A stretch of 64,000 bases of DNA, taken from the NCBI GenBank assembly GCA_040220235.1, contig JAVJTO010000004.1; one strand, given 5' to 3'. The notes below the pieces were generated by a model that was not told the DNA's origin, made no database searches, and was given only the letters and a program-made list of their open reading frames with translations. Source of the DNA: Coleofasciculus sp. B1-GNL1-01 (GTDB lineage: Bacteria; Cyanobacteriota; Cyanobacteriia; Cyanobacteriales; Coleofasciculaceae). Shown here piece by piece: positions 60,165 through 64,000 of the stretch (positions within the stretch are counted from its first letter, which is position 1; every line of letters starts with the position of its first letter). A program made the position numbers and the translations under genes.

Positions 60165-61969
60165 ATTCGCAAGCGGCGATTGGGTTCATCGCCAAAACTA
60201 TCGGACTTGAGGCGATAGTGTTCCACCAGTTCGTGCTGCATCTTTCGCACTTTTGGCGATCGCGGTAGTAATTCGACAGGTTGTCCATTAGGAATCACGA
60301 TTTGCTCGACGGCTAACCGGGCTTCTTCTAGCGCCTCAATCTCATCATCACTGCCACTTTGGGTAAATAAGCGCAAATCTGCTGCATCGGGAACTCCAGG
60401 ATCATCCATATCCAACATCCGCCGCAGGGCGCGACTCACTTGGGGAACGGTGCTGGCTTTAACCGCGTGGATAGGAATTTGCCGGGAGCGGGCAATTGAG
60501 CGCAGTTTCGAGTGACTTTTAACATGCGATCGCAAGCCTAAAATGGCATCAGCGCTATCCATGTCCTTGGTTAAGACAACGGGTAAATTTAGCACCCGAA
60601 TCACCTGCTCAATTTGATGGCGACTCACCCCATACGGATAGACATGGAGGGGCAGATCTTCACCATTGGGTCCAATCGTGTCTACAACCTCGCCAACGGA
60701 GTTGGGTTGTTGCCAAGAGTCATGGAGAAGCTGATCAAAATAACTGGTTTGAGCCGAAGCCGATAATGATGAACGCGATAGTGGCTGCATCTGTCCCGAC
60801 GAACGCCAGCCACTGGGTTTTGCCACTAACCCGGACTGGGTACGGCGTTCCAGGGGTGCGGGTGCATCAGGGAATTCACGGGTAATAATTACCTTATTCT
60901 GCTCATCCACCGTCCGCATTTGGGGATTCGGTTGGCGTCCCCGCAGTAGCGCATCCACGGTATCCGCCACACTCTCATGCACCACCCAGCGCTGACGCTC
61001 CAGCATTTCCACCGCAATCTCAAACGTGGGCGGTGCTTTGCGTTCCAATACCGTTTTTTGAGAACCCCGACGTCTGGCTTCATCATCCCCCAGAGTTACG
61101 GCTTGAATCCCGCCGACTAAATCAGAGAGGGTTGGATTTTTAATCAGATTCTCAATTTGGTTTCCATGGGCTGTTCCCACCAACTGCACCCCCCGTTCCG
61201 CGATCGTGCGAGCGGCGAGGGCTTCGAGTTCGGTGCCAATTTCATCAATGACAATCACTTCGGGCATGTGATTTTCCACCGCTTCAATCATCACCTGATG
61301 TTGAAGTTCTGGACGCGACACTTGCATCCGCCGAGCTCGACCAATGGCGGGATGGGGAATATCGCCATCGCCTGCAATTTCATTGGAGGTATCAATAATC
61401 ACCACCCGTTTTTGCAGATCATCTGCCAGCACCCGGGCAATTTCGCGTAACGCCGTCGTTTTGCCCACACCTGGACGCCCCAACATCAAAATTGATTGAC
61501 CCCGTTCGACGAGATCATGAATCAGACCAATAGTGCCAAACACCGCTCGTCCGACGCGACAGGTTAACCCGATAATGTCGCCGGGACGATTGCGAATCGC
61601 GCTAATCCGGTGTAAGGTTTTCTCCAGTCCGGCTCGATTATCCCCACTGAAATGCCCAACCCGCTCAACACAATAGTTTAATTGTTCAGCGGTGACGGGG
61701 GTTTCGGACAGATATTCGGCACCAGAGGGGAAACGCACCTCAGGAAATCGACCCAAATCCATCACCACTTCAATTAAATTGTCGCGATGGGGGTGTTGCT
61801 CCAGGATTTGGCGAATATCCTCTGGCAAAATAGCGAGTAATTTTTGGAGATCCTCAGTAATCTGCATCCCAGCTAAATTGGTGGTGTTAGATAAGGCTTG
61901 ATTGGATAACGATTGGGGATGGGATGGGTTCATCCCGTTGGCATTCACCATAGGCTTGTCATTCGTCAT
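60152..61969 (-). CDS. Ycf45/SpoIIIAA-like AAA ATPase with C-terminal R3H domain
   Basis: TLHRISAIRNR, GRPGVGKTT, VIDEIG, GTAHG, RKMQHELVEHY. Confidence 0.88.
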   Translation of the reverse strand: MTNDKPMVNANGMNPSHPQSLSNQALSNTTNLAGMQITEDLQKLLAILPEDIRQILEQHPHRDNLIEVVMDLGRFPEVRFPSGAEYLSETPVTAEQLNYCVERVGHFSGDNRAGLEKTLHRISAIRNRPGDIIGLTCRVGRAVFGTIGLIHDLVERGQSILMLGRPGVGKTTALREIARVLADDLQKRVVIIDTSNEIAGDGDIPHPAIGRARRMQVSRPELQHQVMIEAVENHMPEVIVIDEIGTELEALAARTIAERGVQLVGTAHGNQIENLIKNPTLSDLVGGIQAVTLGDDEARRRGSQKTVLERKAPPTFEIAVEMLERQRWVVHESVADTVDALLRGRQPNPQMRTVDEQNKVIITREFPDAPAPLERRTQSGLVAKPSGWRSSGQMQPLSRSSLSASAQTSYFDQLLHDSWQQPNSVGEVVDTIGPNGEDLPLHVYPYGVSRHQIEQVIRVLNLPVVLTKDMDSADAILGLRSHVKSHSKLRSIARSRQIPIHAVKASTVPQVSRALRRMLDMDDPGVPDAADLRLFTQSGSDDEIEALEEARLAVEQIVIPNGQPVELLPRSPKVRKMQHELVEHYRLKSDSFGDEPNRRLRIYPA

Positions 61970-62029
61970 TTGTTTATGTCATTCGCCTGATGTATCTGAT
62001 GTAAAGGTGTGAGGACTATTTACAGAGCT

Positions 62030-63283
62030 TCATATCGTTGGATTTATTTCCACCAACCTCCTGAGTTCGTCTGGAACAGGCTTAGAAACGGACTTCAGTT
62101 GAGATACTAGGGAATGGGCTAGAGTCACGGCTTTTGCCAGCCGATGCGGATCATTTTCCAGGTTTGCCCTTGATGATAATGGAAATGCTTGGAAATTGAT
62201 ATCATGATTTGCTTCATGGTATTGATCGAGTTGGTCTAAAACTGGAGCCAGTAATACCCGGGCATAGCTTCCGTAAGCCACACCCGCGACAAAGGGCTGG
62301 ATGGGGTTAGCGGTAGCGTCTTCTGGGGTTCTAGGGTTGAGGAGTCCTACTGCTTTGAGTTTACTCACGGTATGGTGATTGGTTCCACCCGCTAGTTGCA
62401 CGTATCCAGGTAAGTTAGCGGATAACACCTTTTGTGCCAGCTTCACGGCTTTTCGTGTGGTTCCTGTACCAATATCACCGCTCATTGGCTTGCCATCGGT
62501 TTGCCAGAGGAGGGGACAAGGTAAGGGCGTGATCAGATGGTAAAGTTCCCAGAGATAATCAATCAAGCCCTCACCATCCGGACAACTGATAGCCAGCAAC
62601 TTCAGGGTATGCATCCAGGGAGCGATCGCGCCCCAGAGTCGTTTAAAGTCAGTAAAATGCCCGACTTGGGTGTGAATTTCCAAAGCATCAACGCCCGTTG
62701 AAAGAATCAGTTCCGCTAGAGTTGTGGGGGCGGATACATAGGAGCGAGTATAGATCAGTTGACTGGGGCAAACGGGTAAACAACGTCCACAACCATAACA
62801 GCGTTGATCAATAACACCGGAGAATCCCTGGGGCGAGTGAGACGAGTTGAGGGGTTGAGCCGACTCCCACTTTCCTGAATTTTCCGGATGAGTTGGCGGT
62901 GACTCGAAGACAATTGCTTGAGCCGGACAAATCGTCTGGCAAGGGCGGGGACAGTCTGGGGGACAGGCATTGGGGTTAAATTCAGCTTTGCGAAAATGAG
63001 GATCTTCCCCATCGTTTAAACTGACCATTAACCAGGGTTGATGCCTGTATCCTATACCTTGGGCTTGACTGGATTCCACCAGACGTGTAGCTACCCCTAT
63101 GCCTGTTTTTGCCGCCGCCATTACGGCAGGGTCAGCTGCCACATCAATACAATCAGCCCCAGCTAGAGTATACGCCAAGGTGAGGTTACGAACGGCAGGG
63201 AGGTGCTGAAAACTGGCGCCGCAGATGAGCTTGAACCAGTGACCTTCCCTTAGGGATTTTAAGGGAGTGTACAGTTTAATCAC
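62030..63283 (-). CDS. ldpA: Circadian input Fe-S protein LdpA
   Basis: WFKLICGAS, GADCIDVAAD, DGEDPHFRKA, CPPDCPRPCQTICP, CYGCGRCLPVCP, QTDGKPMSGDIG. Confidence 0.92.
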   Translation of the reverse strand: MIKLYTPLKSLREGHWFKLICGASFQHLPAVRNLTLAYTLAGADCIDVAADPAVMAAAKTGIGVATRLVESSQAQGIGYRHQPWLMVSLNDGEDPHFRKAEFNPNACPPDCPRPCQTICPAQAIVFESPPTHPENSGKWESAQPLNSSHSPQGFSGVIDQRCYGCGRCLPVCPSQLIYTRSYVSAPTTLAELILSTGVDALEIHTQVGHFTDFKRLWGAIAPWMHTLKLLAISCPDGEGLIDYLWELYHLITPLPCPLLWQTDGKPMSGDIGTGTTRKAVKLAQKVLSANLPGYVQLAGGTNHHTVSKLKAVGLLNPRTPEDATANPIQPFVAGVAYGSYARVLLAPVLDQLDQYHEANHDINFQAFPLSSRANLENDPHRLAKAVTLAHSLVSQLKSVSKPVPDELRRLVEINPTI

Positions 63284-64000
63284 CCTTATATGCTAATTCC
63301 TTGTGCCAAAAATGGGGAGATCGATTTCTCAGTCAACCTGGGGGATAATCAGCCCTAGGGTTTCGGATTAAGGGGGGATGCTACCCGTGCGATCGCGGCG
63401 TTGATCGGTTAATTTCGCTATATCTAGGTAGTTGAGTTGGCGTTTCCCCTAAATCTAGGGGGTAAATACCGAGGGGGGTGTTTCTTATCCCCGACCTTAA
63501 TGAACCTGGATTTCATGTTTAAGTTTTGTAACATTAATGAATCCGGTTGACCTAGTACCAGACGCGCCATGGGGCATCTGGTATTGATTCCCACAAAAAG
63601 ACCCCGCTCTGTTCATTTGGCGGAGTCAACCTTAACTCTCTACTACACTAAAAAGATTACTGCAATTCCAGGGTGAGATCTATGAAGTTTCGGTAAAGTT
63701 GCGGGGGAAAAGTTTAAAGATTCTGTAAAGCTACTCTCTTGTCCCTGACAGGCTCCCGTAGAGACTCCTCCGATGGAACCTCTGGAAGCAGAAATGAAAT
63801 TAAGCTGTTCGGCATTTAAACTGTAATGTTAATCAGGGCGCAATCCTTGTAGTGCGTTTACCCGCATTTCTCACAAACTAATTCTATAAGTCAATTTGCC
63901 GCTTAAAAGTTGAGCTTTTTAAAGAAGAATATAAAAATTCCAATTTATCAAACAAAATTATTCTAAAATTGCCAATCCCTGCCTGTTTTTTCCACTAAAA

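Noticed and set aside
63284..64000. ncRNA or gene in the long region upstream of ldpA
   Set aside because: Only short palindromes and an AT-rich tract; nothing assignable

Overview
Chromosomal window from a cyanobacterium. Evidence: frequent HIP1 GCGATCGC, 7-bp STRR-type tandem repeats, ldpA, ycf66 and glpX. The many MITE-like repeats suggest a large-genome filamentous lineage (inference). Layout: (1) 1.5-10.7 kb, a signalling cluster (GAF-HK, REC, Cache/HAMP/PAS-HK, REC-PAS-adenylate cyclase, Ser/Thr kinase). (2) 11-23 kb, housekeeping genes (phoD, hemA, glpX, ilvB and others). (3) 23.4-43.7 kb, a conflict/defence-rich stretch around yifB/comM: ABC-ATPase + TOPRIM-like pair, two TPR proteins, an AT-rich TIGR04255/Xre-antitoxin-like/unknown operon, C5-MTase + putative REase, and an ATPase + STAND/WD40 pair split by an Rpn-family gene. 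(4) ycf66 and an IleRS carrying a CAAD membrane anchor. (5) 50.5-59.2 kb, beside tRNA-Gln, a tandemly duplicated cassette of DUF4157 (eCIS-associated) proteins with swapped C-terminal domains. One tip has an L,D-transpeptidase/Tlde1-like HxGxxSxGC motif and the other is beta-pore-like. Each is followed by exported candidate immunity genes and is divergent from a Pvc15/Afp15-like AAA ATPase, with no eCIS structural genes in the window. This is the most interesting candidate system. (6) An R3H/AAA gene and ldpA. All family assignments come from motif recognition by eye; no searches were run.
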